DNA of 64,000 bases from Betaproteobacteria bacterium. GTDB lineage: Bacteria; Pseudomonadota; Gammaproteobacteria; Burkholderiales; WYBJ01. Both the position numbers and the translations under genes were made by a program. Positions within the stretch are counted from its first letter, which is position 1. Each line of letters begins with the position of its first letter. The notes beneath the pieces are model-generated. The model did not search any database. It was not told the DNA's origin and was given only the letters and a program-made list of their open reading frames with translations. The stretch lies in the NCBI GenBank assembly GCA_009377585.1, contig WHTS01000009.1, positions 14,480-78,479 on the forward strand, written 5' to 3'. Below are positions 48,812-59,378 of the stretch, piece by piece.

Positions 48812-49987
48812 TTAGAAATTGTGCTTTACGAGGAATGCCCAGCCGTCCGTGTTCTCGCCGTCGTCGAGCAGGTTCGCGGTATTTCCGACCCGGTATGTGT
48901 TGGTGTTCGAGTCGTTGTCGACCCGGACGTAGCCAAGCCTCACGGTCGTTCGTTTGGAGAAGGCGTACGTGTAACCGAGCGACCAGGCATCGCCGCCGGT
49001 GTCGCCGCCGCTTGCGGCAACCGAGCCGTTCGACGTTCCGCCGACCCCGATCGGGCTGTTGCCCTTCGAATCGCCAATACTCGCGTACTGTACCGATAGC
49101 ATATGCGGGCCTCCAACCCTCCAGTCCGCACCGATCGTCCAGCTCTTCTTCTTCAACTCTATCCCAGGACCGGTTTCGTACTTGGAATCCAGATAGGTAG
49201 CGCCGACGCGAACCGGGCCGAAGCGATAGCCCACGGAGGCACCCCACGCCCGGTCGTCCAGATCCTGTGTCCCTGCGGGCGTCTGGCCAAAACCTACTTC
49301 GTTGTGTCTCTCGTAGGCCAGACCGATTCCGAGGGGGCCGTTGACATAAGTGCCTGCAAGCGACCACAGGCGCGCCTGTTGATTATTCGGATCGACATTG
49401 TCGTTGGCGGTGGAAGTCCGGTTGGCCCCGGTAACCGCACCCATCACCTGGAAGCCGCCGAACTTCGGGGTTTCGTACGTCATCAAATTGGATTCACGCC
49501 GCTTCCAGCGATGGCGCGTCAAGCTGTTGACGCCTACATCGGAAATATCCGTGCCGCCCGCGCCGCCGAACGGCAGAAAGGACATGCCCAGGATACCGGT
49601 TGCCTCCGCACCGACGGTCCCCAAGCCTAGCGCGCGCTTCATGGGGGTATCCCACTTGCCGGCGAAGACGTTGCCGAACCCGCCGCGGAAGCCGACCGCG
49701 CTGTTGCGGGTACAGATGCTGGAGGTGTCGAAACCGGTGATGTCGGCCGAGCTTTCGCACTGGAACCAGGCCGACAGGCCACCACCGAGTTGCTCGACGC
49801 CCTTGAAGCCGATCGCGCTGCCGCCCGGCCCATCGGAGAAGTCGAGGTCCGGCCGGTCGGGCCCTTGATCGGCACGGCCCCACTCATAGGTCATCCGACC
49901 GTAGATCTGCACCGTGCTCTGTGCGAACGCGATGGCTGGCGCGGCGAGCGCTCCGGCGACCGCCACCGCCAATAATCTCTTCTCCAT
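48812..49987 (-). CDS. Gram-negative general porin (Omp32/OmpC-like), copy 1
   Basis: Signal peptide MEKRLLAVAVAGALAAPAIAFAQ, alternating beta-strand pattern, C-terminal ...WAFLVKHNF. Confidence 0.9.
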   Translation of the reverse strand: MEKRLLAVAVAGALAAPAIAFAQSTVQIYGRMTYEWGRADQGPDRPDLDFSDGPGGSAIGFKGVEQLGGGLSAWFQCESSADITGFDTSSICTRNSAVGFRGGFGNVFAGKWDTPMKRALGLGTVGAEATGILGMSFLPFGGAGGTDISDVGVNSLTRHRWKRRESNLMTYETPKFGGFQVMGAVTGANRTSTANDNVDPNNQQARLWSLAGTYVNGPLGIGLAYERHNEVGFGQTPAGTQDLDDRAWGASVGYRFGPVRVGATYLDSKYETGPGIELKKKSWTIGADWRVGGPHMLSVQYASIGDSKGNSPIGVGGTSNGSVAASGGDTGGDAWSLGYTYAFSKRTTVRLGYVRVDNDSNTNTYRVGNTANLLDDGENTDGWAFLVKHNF

Positions 49988-50151
49988 TCCAAGTCTCCTT
50001 ATCAGGTTCATGACGCCAGGGCCGGTCGCACCATCCGATTGCGACAATCCCGATACCCCCCGATCTGGCGAGGTTCGAACGCAGTGTGCAGGAGACGATC
50101 GCGCCGGAGCAATAGCGCGCCTTGTCTTTGTGCAACCCAGTCTAACGTAAT

Positions 50152-50167
50152 GTTGCGGGTTCGCAAC
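50152..50167. promoter_or_regulatory. Palindrome GTTGCG-N4-CGCAAC ~165 nt upstream of porin 1
   Basis: Read directly. The same palindrome occurs upstream of porin 2. Confidence 0.35.
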
Positions 50168-50242
50168 AACGCATGGCCGACAGGTCCCCTCGGGGCCTGC
50201 CGAACCGATCAGGAGAAGACCTGGAGAAGGTCTTACCCGCTG

Positions 50243-50275
50243 CTACACGAGGACGGTGTCCCCGTCCTCGTGTAG
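50243..50275 (-). terminator. Perfect 14-bp-stem hairpin 12 nt after the porin 2 stop
   Basis: CTACACGAGGACGG-tgtcc-CCGTCCTCGTGTAG. No clear U-tract. Confidence 0.5.
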
Positions 50276-50286
50276 AACCGACATCG

Positions 50287-51444
50287 TTAGAAGTTGTGCT
50301 TCACAAGGAACGCCCAGCCGTCGACGTTCTCGCCTGCGTCCAGCAGGTTCGCGGTGTTCCCGATCCGATACGTGCCGGTGTTCGAGTCGTTGTCGACCCG
50401 GACATAGCCGAGCTTCACGGTTGTACGCTTGGAGAATGCGTACTGATATGCGAGCGACCAGGCGTCGCCACCGGTGTCGCCGCCGCTTGCAGCGTGCGCG
50501 CCGTTGGATGTACCGCCGATGCCGATCGGGCTGTTGCCCTTGGAGTCGCCAATCTTTGCGTACTGCGCCGACACGGTGTGCGGACCCGCAATCATCCAAT
50601 CCACGCCGAGCGTCCAGCTCTTCTTCTTGAGCTCCGTCCCGGGCCCGGTTTCGTACTTGGAGTCGAGGAACGTGCCACCGACTCGGACGGGGCCGAAGCG
50701 ATAGCCGAGTGCAACGCCCCATGCGCGGTCGTCCAGATCGGCGGCGCCCAGGTTTGTACCAACTTCATTGTGTCTCTCATACGCAAGGCCGACGCCGAGC
50801 GGACCGTTGGCGTAGGTTGCGGCAACCGACCAAAGCCGCGACTCATCGTTTTCCCCGCTGAGAGCGCTTGCAGTCCGGTTGGCTGCCGTCACGGCGCCCA
50901 TCACCTGGAAGCCACCGAACTTCGGCGTCTCGTATTGCATGATGTTCGATTCACGGCGCTTCCAGCGCTGCCGCAGCTGCGAATCGACGCCGGCGCCGGA
51001 GATGTCCGCACCGCCCGAGCCGCCGAAGGGCAGGAACGACATGCCGAGAATGCCGGTCTCTTCGGCACCGACCGTACCGAGGCCCATGGCCCGCTTCATC
51101 GGCGTATCCCACTTGCCGGCGAAGATGTTGCCGAAGCCGCCACGGAAGCCGACCGCGCTGTTACGGGTGCAGATGCTGGACGTGTCGAAACCGGTGATGT
51201 CGGCCGAGCTTTCGCACTGGAACCACGCCGACATGCCACCGCCCAGTTGTTCGACGCCTTTGAAGCCGATCGCGCTGCCGCCCGGCGTATCGGCGAAGTC
51301 GAGGTCCGGCCGGCCCGGTCCCTGGTCGGCCTGGCCGTACTCGTAGGTCACCCGGCCGTAGATCTGCACCGTGCTCTGTGCGAACGCGATGGCTGGCACG
51401 GCGAGCGCTCCGGCGACCGCCACCGCCAACAATTTCTTCTCCAT
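50287..51444 (-). CDS. Gram-negative general porin, copy 2 (tandem paralogue, ~85% aa identity by eye)
   Basis: MEKKLLAVAVAGALAVPAIAFAQ...WAFLVKHNF. Differences from copy 1 cluster in short segments consistent with surface loops. Confidence 0.9.
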   Translation of the reverse strand: MEKKLLAVAVAGALAVPAIAFAQSTVQIYGRVTYEYGQADQGPGRPDLDFADTPGGSAIGFKGVEQLGGGMSAWFQCESSADITGFDTSSICTRNSAVGFRGGFGNIFAGKWDTPMKRAMGLGTVGAEETGILGMSFLPFGGSGGADISGAGVDSQLRQRWKRRESNIMQYETPKFGGFQVMGAVTAANRTASALSGENDESRLWSVAATYANGPLGVGLAYERHNEVGTNLGAADLDDRAWGVALGYRFGPVRVGGTFLDSKYETGPGTELKKKSWTLGVDWMIAGPHTVSAQYAKIGDSKGNSPIGIGGTSNGAHAASGGDTGGDAWSLAYQYAFSKRTTVKLGYVRVDNDSNTGTYRIGNTANLLDAGENVDGWAFLVKHNF

Positions 51445-51596
51445 TCCAAATCTCCTTATCAGATTCACCATTCAGGCAACCGCGTACGCATTTTTGGTAG
51501 CACGGCACTCCCTTTACGGTTGATGCCAAGCTTGTAGGATAACGTACGCCATCGCAACGGATTCGCAAGGATTTCGCCATTACGGCGCCTCCGGTT

Positions 51597-51612
51597 GTTG
51601 CGGGCTCGCAAC
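51597..51612. promoter_or_regulatory. Palindrome GTTGCG-N4-CGCAAC ~155 nt upstream of porin 2
   Basis: Read directly. Counterpart of 50152-50167. Confidence 0.35.
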
Positions 51613-51935
51613 ACATGCGTGCGACTGGCGCGGGCGCCTCGGTTCGCTGGCGGGTGGTGAGCCCGCAGCGTCGAGTCGGTTCGCATAATCACGCGCAGAG
51701 GCGAGGCCACCTGGGCGGATGACACGACATCCACCCCGGCGTGAGGACGGGTCAACGAGCGGACCGAGCGCCTGTCCCGGCAGTTTCGCCGGGATGAAAG
51801 GCGTTGCTGCGCCCCCTGGTGGCGACGGTAGCGGCAACTTCCGGCGCCGATACGGCTGGAGTAAACTCGGACCGCGAGCGCGGCGTGCGCGAGCCGCTGG
51901 CGCTCGATCGATTTTTACGACCTCAGCGCCGCCTC

Positions 51936-52475
51936 ATGCGGTCCTGCCACCGATCCCGAGCTGGTTTGGCGAACAAGCCTTCATCCCGCGAGTGTCAGCC
52001 GTGCACGGCCTGCTGCGACGGCTGGCTGCAGATCCGCGTCAACGGCGTACCCGTTCATCCCGGCAAACCCTGTCCGCACAGCACGGGCAGCGGCTGCAAC
52101 GACTACGCCAACCGCCCGGTCGATCCGTGCGTGCACTTCATCTGCGGCTGGCGCATGGAAGGCAGCCCGCTGCCCGAATGGATGAAGCCCAGCAATGCGC
52201 GGGTGGTCGTACTTTTCAACCAGCATCGCTGGCGCGGGCGTCCGGTGGACGTTGCGGTGCCGGTGGGGCGGCGCATCCCGCCCCGGGCGCTCAAGTGGCT
52301 GCAGCAGTTCGCGGAAACCAACCAGCGCATGCTGCTCTATTCGGAACAGATCATGGAGAACGGACGCTACACCGTGCAGCAGGCGGTATCGGCCTACGGC
52401 CCGCCCGAGTTCCAGCTGGAGATGGCCGAGTGCGCTCGCGCCGGGCAGAGCCTCGAAGAGGCCCTGCAGAAGTAA
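51936..52475 (+). CDS. YkgJ-family cysteine-cluster protein (CxxCxxCC, UPF0153-like)
   Basis: CQPCTACCDGW...CPH...GCNDY...C.HFIC cysteine pattern. The internal ATG at 51936 was chosen. Confidence 0.7.
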   Translation: MRSCHRSRAGLANKPSSRECQPCTACCDGWLQIRVNGVPVHPGKPCPHSTGSGCNDYANRPVDPCVHFICGWRMEGSPLPEWMKPSNARVVVLFNQHRWRGRPVDVAVPVGRRIPPRALKWLQQFAETNQRMLLYSEQIMENGRYTVQQAVSAYGPPEFQLEMAECARAGQSLEEALQK

Positions 52476-52478
52476 CGC

Positions 52479-52901
52479 TCAACGAACGAGCTCGGCCTGC
52501 TGCACGAGCCTGCGCCCTTGCTGCTCGCCAATCGCCTCGAGCCCGGCAAGTATGGGACCCATGCGCGGTGTTCCAGCCACGGTATAGCGCAGAAAATAGA
52601 TGCGGCCGGGCTCCACATCGAGGTTGTACAGCACGTTCCAGGGACCCAATCCGCTGATCCGGCGGGCACCCGCCGGCACTTCCCAGCGGTAGAACGTGCC
52701 CGGAAAAAGCGTTACCTGTTCGCCTGTATCCATCAGCAGCGCACCGTACTCGGTCGAATCCATGGGCTGGCGCACGATATAGATCACCGCCTTGTCAGGC
52801 ACGGCTTCGAAGCGCTTGGCTTGCAGATCCTGGGGACTGGGCGGCAGCTGGACGCAAGCGCACAGGAGCAAGACGGAAAAAGCGGCGAGAGCGCGACGCA
52901 T
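52479..52901 (-). CDS. Putative lipoprotein (DUF2846-like)
   Basis: MRRALAAFSVLLLCAC lipobox. AVIYIVRQP...LFPGTFYRWEVPAG resembles DUF2846, from memory. Confidence 0.55.
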   Translation of the reverse strand: MRRALAAFSVLLLCACVQLPPSPQDLQAKRFEAVPDKAVIYIVRQPMDSTEYGALLMDTGEQVTLFPGTFYRWEVPAGARRISGLGPWNVLYNLDVEPGRIYFLRYTVAGTPRMGPILAGLEAIGEQQGRRLVQQAELVR

Positions 52902-53007
52902 GGAACTCTCCGTGGCATCAGACGGCGTGCCGCAGCCCCTGCGGGAACGCGCAGCCTGCATCGGCATCAACAGCCGGCCGCCCGTGTTCATTCCCGCTGG
53001 AGCGCGC

Positions 53008-53997
<990 letters not shown>

Positions 53998-54080
53998 CGC
54001 ATCCTCCTGGTCGAATGAGGCACCGGGCGCTAGACCCGGTGTGTCGAGCGGTCGCTGCGCGCGCGTGGCGCGCACAGGCG

Positions 54081-54770
54081 CTATCTGGCGTAGGTGACCG
54101 TCAGGTCGCCGACGCCGTCGACATGGCCTTCGAGCCGATCGCCGCGATTCACCGGACCGACGCCGGCGGGCGTGCCGGAATAGATCAGATCGCCGGCGCG
54201 CAGCGTGATCAGCTTCGAAAGATACGCGATCGTTTCGGGAATGTTCCAGATGAGCTCCGAAAGATCGCCCTGCTGCGTGGTCTTGCCGTTCACCTTCAAC
54301 CAGATGGCGCCCTGCGCCGGATGCCCTACCATCGCCACCGGCTTCAACGCCGAGCACGGCGCCGAATCGTCGAACGCCTTGCCCATCTCCCACGGCCGGC
54401 CCATCTTCTTCGCCTCGCCCTGCACGTCGCGCCGGGTCATGTCGAGGCCGACGCCGTAGCCGAAGACGTGCTCGAGCGCCTTGTCCACCGCGATATCCGC
54501 GCCGCCCTTGCCGATGGCGACCACCATCTCGATCTCGTGATGCAGATCCTTGGTGATCGTGGGATACGCGATCGCGGCCCCGTTCGGCACGATCGCATCG
54601 GCCGGCTTCATGAAGAAGAACGGCGGCTCGCGCTCCGGATCGTGTCCCATCTCGCGCGCGTGCTCGGCGTAGTTGCGGCCGACGCAATAGATGCGGCCCA
54701 CGGGAAACAGCCTGCTGCTCTCGGCGACCGGTAGCGTGACCTGCGGGCCGAATTCGATTGCGTACGCCAT
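54081..54770 (-). CDS. Fumarylacetoacetate hydrolase family protein
   Basis: 229 aa. [41 protein letters not shown]. Confidence 0.9.
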   Translation of the reverse strand: MAYAIEFGPQVTLPVAESSRLFPVGRIYCVGRNYAEHAREMGHDPEREPPFFFMKPADAIVPNGAAIAYPTITKDLHHEIEMVVAIGKGGADIAVDKALEHVFGYGVGLDMTRRDVQGEAKKMGRPWEMGKAFDDSAPCSALKPVAMVGHPAQGAIWLKVNGKTTQQGDLSELIWNIPETIAYLSKLITLRAGDLIYSGTPAGVGPVNRGDRLEGHVDGVGDLTVTYAR

Positions 54771-54931
54771 GAGCTCCTCTGGGGTCGTGCCTCGCGGGGC
54801 GCTAGCGACGGCGGGCGGTGCGCCGATTGTCCTGCATGGCGATCGTCACCATAATGCGCGTTCGTGGCCGAGCCTCGCGCGAGACCGGATTGCACAATGA
54901 ACGAATCAGACTGGCGCTGCAGCCGGGTGCG

Positions 54932-54979
54932 CTCGTGACAAGGGCCGCCAAGCGGCTCGTAACAAGGGCCGCCAAGCGG
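54932..54979. repeat. Tandem duplication 2 x 24 nt (CTCGTRACAAGGGCCGCCAAGCGG), 23/24 identical
   Basis: Read directly. Each unit contains a GCCGC-caa-GCGGC mini-hairpin. Confidence 0.8.
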
Positions 54980-55072
54980 CCCCTGGCGACACATGCATGA
55001 TCGGCCCCCCGCACCGAGCGGGCGAGTATAGCACGCGACCCATTCAGGAACCTGCCCGCATCAGCGGGCACG

Positions 55073-55120
55073 CGACGCTCCCCTCTCCCTCTGGGAGAGG
55101 GGCTGGGAGTGAGGGAAGAG
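55073..55120. repeat. REP-like element copy 2 (CGACGCTCCCCTCTCCCtctGGGAGAGGGGCTGGGAGTGAGGGAAGAG)
   Basis: Hairpin at 55080-55102. About 90% identical to 27152-27199. Confidence 0.7.
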
Positions 55121-55172
55121 ACGCCACGACATGGCTCCTGCGCAAGCCGCAACATATGCGTCGTGGCGTCTC
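55118..55172 (+). promoter_or_regulatory. 13-bp-stem/29-nt-loop hairpin ending 13 nt before the yqaA ATG
   Basis: GAGACGCCACGAC (55118-55130) pairs perfectly with GTCGTGGCGTCTC (55160-55172). Function unknown. Confidence 0.4.
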
Positions 55173-55184
55173 TCCCGAGCCGGC

Positions 55185-55604
55185 ATGACGGAGGATACGA
55201 GTCTGTGGGCGCTGTTCGCTGCGAGCTTCCTGGCCGCCACGTTGTTGCCCGGCGGATCGGAGGCGGCGCTGTTCGGCGTGCTGAAGCTGCACGCGGGGCT
55301 GTATTGGCCGGCGATCGCTGCGGCCACGCTAGGCAATACCCTGGGCGGCATGAGCTCGTATCTGATCGGTCGCTTGCTCCCCGCCGCCGACACGCATGCG
55401 GCCGGCAAACGCACGCGCGCACGCGCTGTCGATTACGCGCGTCGCTTAGGCAGCCCCGCGCTGCTCGCCGCGTGGGTGCCGATCCTGGGCGATCCTCTGT
55501 GCGTGGCCGCGGGGTGGTTGCGATTGCCGTGGCCGGCGGTGATGATGTTCATGGCGCTCGGGAAGCTCGGCCGCTATCTGTTCGTCGCCGCAATGGCGAC
55601 ATGA
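55185..55604 (+). CDS. yqaA: YqaA-family (DedA-related) inner-membrane protein
   Basis: LFAASFLAATLLPGGSEAAL...GNTLGG...VPILGDPLCVAAGW is collinear with E. coli YqaA. Confidence 0.85.
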   Translation: MTEDTSLWALFAASFLAATLLPGGSEAALFGVLKLHAGLYWPAIAAATLGNTLGGMSSYLIGRLLPAADTHAAGKRTRARAVDYARRLGSPALLAAWVPILGDPLCVAAGWLRLPWPAVMMFMALGKLGRYLFVAAMAT

Positions 55605-55605
55605 C

Positions 55606-56574
55606 ATGAGCAGCACGCCGCTCATCGAAGTGGACGACCTGCGCACGTGGTTTCATACCCGGCAGGGCATCGCCAAGGCGGTGGACGGCGTGTCGTTCGC
55701 GCTGGCCGCAGGCGAGATCCTGGGGATCGCCGGTGAATCGGGCTCGGGCAAGTCGGTCACCGGGCTTTCCATCCTGGGGCTGGTCGATCCGCCGGGAAGG
55801 ATCGTCTCCGGCCGCATCGCCTACCGTGGGCGTGATCTCATCGGGCTCGAACCCGAGGCGCTGCGGCGGCTGCGCGGCGACCGGATCGCGATGGTATTCC
55901 AGGACCCGATGATGACCCTGAATCCGGTGCTGCGGGTCGACACGCAGATGATCGAGGCGTTGCAGGCCCATGCCGCGATCGGTCGGGCGCAAGCGCGGGA
56001 GCGCGCCTGCGAAGCCTTGCACAAGGTCGGCATTCCGGCGCCCGCAGAGCGTTTGCGCAGCTACCCGCATCAGCTTTCCGGCGGCATGCGCCAGCGCGTC
56101 GCCATCGCCATCGCGATGCTGAACCGGCCCGATCTCATCGTCGCCGACGAGCCCACGACCGCGCTCGATGTCACCATCCAGGCGCAGATCCTGCACGAAG
56201 TGCGCGCACTGTGCCGCGACAGCGGCGCCGCGCTCCTGTGGATCACGCACGATCTCGCGGTGCTCGCGGGGCTCGCCGATCGCATCGCCGTGATGTATGC
56301 CGGCCGCATCGTCGAGGCCGGTCCGGTGGACGCCGTGCTGACGCATCCATTGCACCCGTACACGCGCGGCCTGATCGCATCGGTACCGAGCCGCAATCGG
56401 CGCGGCACGCGGCTCGCCCAGATCGCCGGGATGGCGCCGCGCCTCACCGAGCTGCCGCGAGGCTGTGCCTTCCGCCCGCGCTGCGAACGGGCAAGCGAGG
56501 CTTGCGGGGCCGAGATACCCCGTTCGACTCCGGCACCGGGACGCGAGCTGCGCTGCATCCATCCGCTGGAATGA
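55606..56574 (+). CDS. ABC transporter ATP-binding protein, Dpp/Opp D-type
   Basis: Walker A GESGSGKS, signature LSGGMRQR, Walker B LIVADEPT, Cys-rich C-terminal tail. The ATG is 1 nt after the yqaA stop. Confidence 0.9.
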   Translation: MSSTPLIEVDDLRTWFHTRQGIAKAVDGVSFALAAGEILGIAGESGSGKSVTGLSILGLVDPPGRIVSGRIAYRGRDLIGLEPEALRRLRGDRIAMVFQDPMMTLNPVLRVDTQMIEALQAHAAIGRAQARERACEALHKVGIPAPAERLRSYPHQLSGGMRQRVAIAIAMLNRPDLIVADEPTTALDVTIQAQILHEVRALCRDSGAALLWITHDLAVLAGLADRIAVMYAGRIVEAGPVDAVLTHPLHPYTRGLIASVPSRNRRGTRLAQIAGMAPRLTELPRGCAFRPRCERASEACGAEIPRSTPAPGRELRCIHPLE

Positions 56575-57575
56575 CCATGCCCGATCCCGCGCTGCTCGAG
56601 CTCACCGAGCTTTCCAAGGAATTCCGCCAGCCGCCCGACCTGGCCGCCCGCCTCGCGCGATTGGGTGGACATGCGCCGAAGGAACAGGTGGTGCACGCGG
56701 TCGATCACGTCTCGCTCAATGTGGCGCGCGGCGAAGTGCTCGGCCTGGTAGGCGAGTCGGGCTGCGGCAAATCGACGCTCGGGCGCATGATCGCGGGGGT
56801 GCTGCGGCCCAGCTCCGGGCGCATCGTGTACGACGGCATCGATGCGACCGATCGCGACTCGCCGCCAGCGAAGCGGATTGCGCTCAAGATTCAGATGATC
56901 TTCCAGGACCCGTTCGCGTCGCTCAATCCGCGCATGCGGGTCGGCGAGATCGTGGCCGAAGCCGCGCTGGTGCACGGGCTCGTGCAGCGGCAAGCGATCG
57001 GCCCCTTTCTCGACACACTGCTCGCGCGCGTGGGGCTCGATCCCGCCTGCAAATCGCGTTACCCGCACCAGTTCTCCGGCGGCCAGCGGCAGCGCATCGG
57101 GGTGGCGCGAGCGCTGGCCGTGAATCCCGAGCTCCTGGTGTGCGACGAGGCTGTCTCGGCGCTCGATGTTTCGATCCGCGCCCAGGTGCTCAATCTGTTC
57201 ATCGACCTGCGCGAGAGCCTGGGGCTGACTTATCTTTTCATCAGTCACGATCTGGGCGTGATCGAGCACATGTCGGATCGCATCGCGATCATGTATCTCG
57301 GTCGCATCGTCGAGCTCGCGCCCGCCGAGGAATTTTTTCGCGCGCCGAACCATCCGTACGCTCGAGCGCTGCTCGAGGAGGTGCCGCGCCTGGATGCGCG
57401 CGGCGCGTCCTACCGGCCCATACGCGGCGAGATCCCGTCGCCGCTCGCGCCGCCCAGCGGCTGCCACTTTCACCCGCGCTGCCCGCATGCGATGCCCCGC
57501 TGCACGGTCGAGACGCCGCAGTTGCGCGCGGTTGCGCCGGGACGCTCGTCGGCCTGTCATCTGAACACAGCCTGA
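56571..57575 (+). CDS. ABC transporter ATP-binding protein, Dpp/Opp F-type
   Basis: Walker [30 protein letters not shown]-terminal [18 protein letters not shown] overlap with the previous gene. Confidence 0.9.
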   Translation: MTMPDPALLELTELSKEFRQPPDLAARLARLGGHAPKEQVVHAVDHVSLNVARGEVLGLVGESGCGKSTLGRMIAGVLRPSSGRIVYDGIDATDRDSPPAKRIALKIQMIFQDPFASLNPRMRVGEIVAEAALVHGLVQRQAIGPFLDTLLARVGLDPACKSRYPHQFSGGQRQRIGVARALAVNPELLVCDEAVSALDVSIRAQVLNLFIDLRESLGLTYLFISHDLGVIEHMSDRIAIMYLGRIVELAPAEEFFRAPNHPYARALLEEVPRLDARGASYRPIRGEIPSPLAPPSGCHFHPRCPHAMPRCTVETPQLRAVAPGRSSACHLNTA

Positions 57576-57591
57576 ATGAACACAGCCTGAA
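57562..57591. repeat. Perfect tandem duplication 2 x 15 nt (TGAACACAGCCTGAA) spanning the ABC gene stop codon
   Basis: Read directly. The stop TGA at 57573-57575 lies in copy 1. Confidence 0.85.
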
Positions 57592-57839
57592 GTCGCAGTG
57601 TCGGGTCTTAGCGACACTTGTGCGCGCAGCGAATTCAGAGGAACAATTCAACGCTTCGCGCCGCTGCGATGTGACAATAGTCCGCGCTTGCGCCGATTCA
57701 AATTCGTTTTCATCGCACGCGCTTTTTCAACCCTCAAGTACACACCCGCGCTCGCCGTAACTGGCAGAGGGTCAGCAGGCGACGCGGCAGACCCGGGTCG
57801 GTTTCGAAATCCATACGTTTCTTGGCAGCACAGGCCCAA

Positions 57840-59378
57840 ATGAGCGCGGCACCTCCCTTGTCCCACCAACCAGGCGCCGACCTGAACCGGCCGGCGGCGG
57901 ACCCGACTGCGGCGCTCGGCATCCTGCGGCAAAAAGCGCATGCGCTGGCCGCCGAGCCGATCGCACCGGCGCAGCGCTTTGCGGCGCTCGAGGCGCTGCG
58001 TCCGACGGCCATCGCGACGACCGAATCGAGACGATCGATTTACGCCGGCAAGCCGATCCCTCTGGCCGAAGGCGAGCGCCAGTGCTGGGAAGACATGGTG
58101 GGTTTGTGGCAGGCGTTCTACTTCGCATATGCCTTGTGCGCGGACTCCGGTCAGAGTGAAGCGGCGGCGGCAACCGTGTCGCAACGTGCGCTGGACAGTC
58201 TCGGCCGAGCGATCCGCGAGCACACTCACGCCTACCGCACCGTGCCGGGCACCATCTGGAAGGAGTTCCATACCTGCTACCGCTCGGCGGCCGATTGCTC
58301 GCTCGCCGACATAGCGGTGAGTGACCCGCACCATGCCGAATCGCAAACGAGCTGCAAGCATGCGTATCTCGTCACCGTGCTGTACGAGTGCGCCAATCCC
58401 TATGCGCTTTCCGCAGTACAGATGCGGGTACTCGGCCAATGGCTGCCGCACTGGCTTGGCCTGGTCGATATCATGCCTTCCGAGCCCTTGTGGGCTTCTC
58501 GCTCCCCGCTTGCGCTGGATCTCGGCGCTGAGGTCGGCGCGAGACTTGCGCGCGACACGGGCACCGGCGAAGGGGTCCGTTACCTGGATACCAGCGCGCT
58601 CGGCATGCGGCTGCGCGAACTGGCCGATTGCCTGCGCAGTGCCCAACCTGCTGCGGAGCTGCCAGCAGCGGCCGACATGCCTCGCGCCGTATTGGAGCGC
58701 TTGCTGACGCAATTGTACGTGCAATGGTGCAGTGCCGGCTCGGCGACTGCGGACGAACGCCAGGGCAACGCGCGGCGTGCTCAGGCCGCGCTTGGCATGC
58801 ACGCGGTGCACTTCCAGATTTCCGGGCGCGCGTTCCGCCAGCCGGGGCTGCGCTATACGCGGGAAGAAGAGCACGATCTGGCCACCTTCGGCCATATCAC
58901 CGAGCGCACCGAGCATCGCTTGCTCACGGGCCGTAGCGCGGCGCTCGAGCCGTGGGAGGTGCTGTCGCAGAACGCCTCCGGGCTCGCCGTGCGACGCAAA
59001 GCGGACCTGACGTCCCGACTTGCGCACGGTCAATTGGTAGCCCTGCGCACGACCAGCATCGATCCGCCCAGCCTGGGCGCCATACAGCGGCTCAAGCTCG
59101 ACGCAGCCGGGGAGACGCACGTGGGCATCCGGCTCGTTCGCGGCGAGGTGCGCGGGGTCGCGCTGCGCCCAGCGGGCGACGCCACGCAGAAATACGAACG
59201 CGCATTGCTGATCGAGGCCGATGCCCAGCGCGCTGCCCCCGCTACGCTTCTCGTCGAAGCCGGCCGATTCGCGCCCGGCGCCCGTATCGAGATGCATACG
59301 GCCCGTGCCGAGACCATCACGCTCGGCGCCTATGTCGAGCGCGGCTTCGATTTCGATCGGCTCGCCTTTACGTCTTAG
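57840..59378 (+). CDS. Uncharacterised 512-aa protein, helical N-terminal region + PilZ-like C-terminus (paralogue A)
   Basis: It shares multiple collinear blocks with the downstream paralogue. The C-terminal region has RTEHR (RxxxR) followed 18 aa later by NASGLAV, then a beta-rich segment. The ATG at 57840 was chosen over the track's TTG. Confidence 0.7.
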   Translation: MSAAPPLSHQPGADLNRPAADPTAALGILRQKAHALAAEPIAPAQRFAALEALRPTAIATTESRRSIYAGKPIPLAEGERQCWEDMVGLWQAFYFAYALCADSGQSEAAAATVSQRALDSLGRAIREHTHAYRTVPGTIWKEFHTCYRSAADCSLADIAVSDPHHAESQTSCKHAYLVTVLYECANPYALSAVQMRVLGQWLPHWLGLVDIMPSEPLWASRSPLALDLGAEVGARLARDTGTGEGVRYLDTSALGMRLRELADCLRSAQPAAELPAAADMPRAVLERLLTQLYVQWCSAGSATADERQGNARRAQAALGMHAVHFQISGRAFRQPGLRYTREEEHDLATFGHITERTEHRLLTGRSAALEPWEVLSQNASGLAVRRKADLTSRLAHGQLVALRTTSIDPPSLGAIQRLKLDAAGETHVGIRLVRGEVRGVALRPAGDATQKYERALLIEADAQRAAPATLLVEAGRFAPGARIEMHTARAETITLGAYVERGFDFDRLAFTS

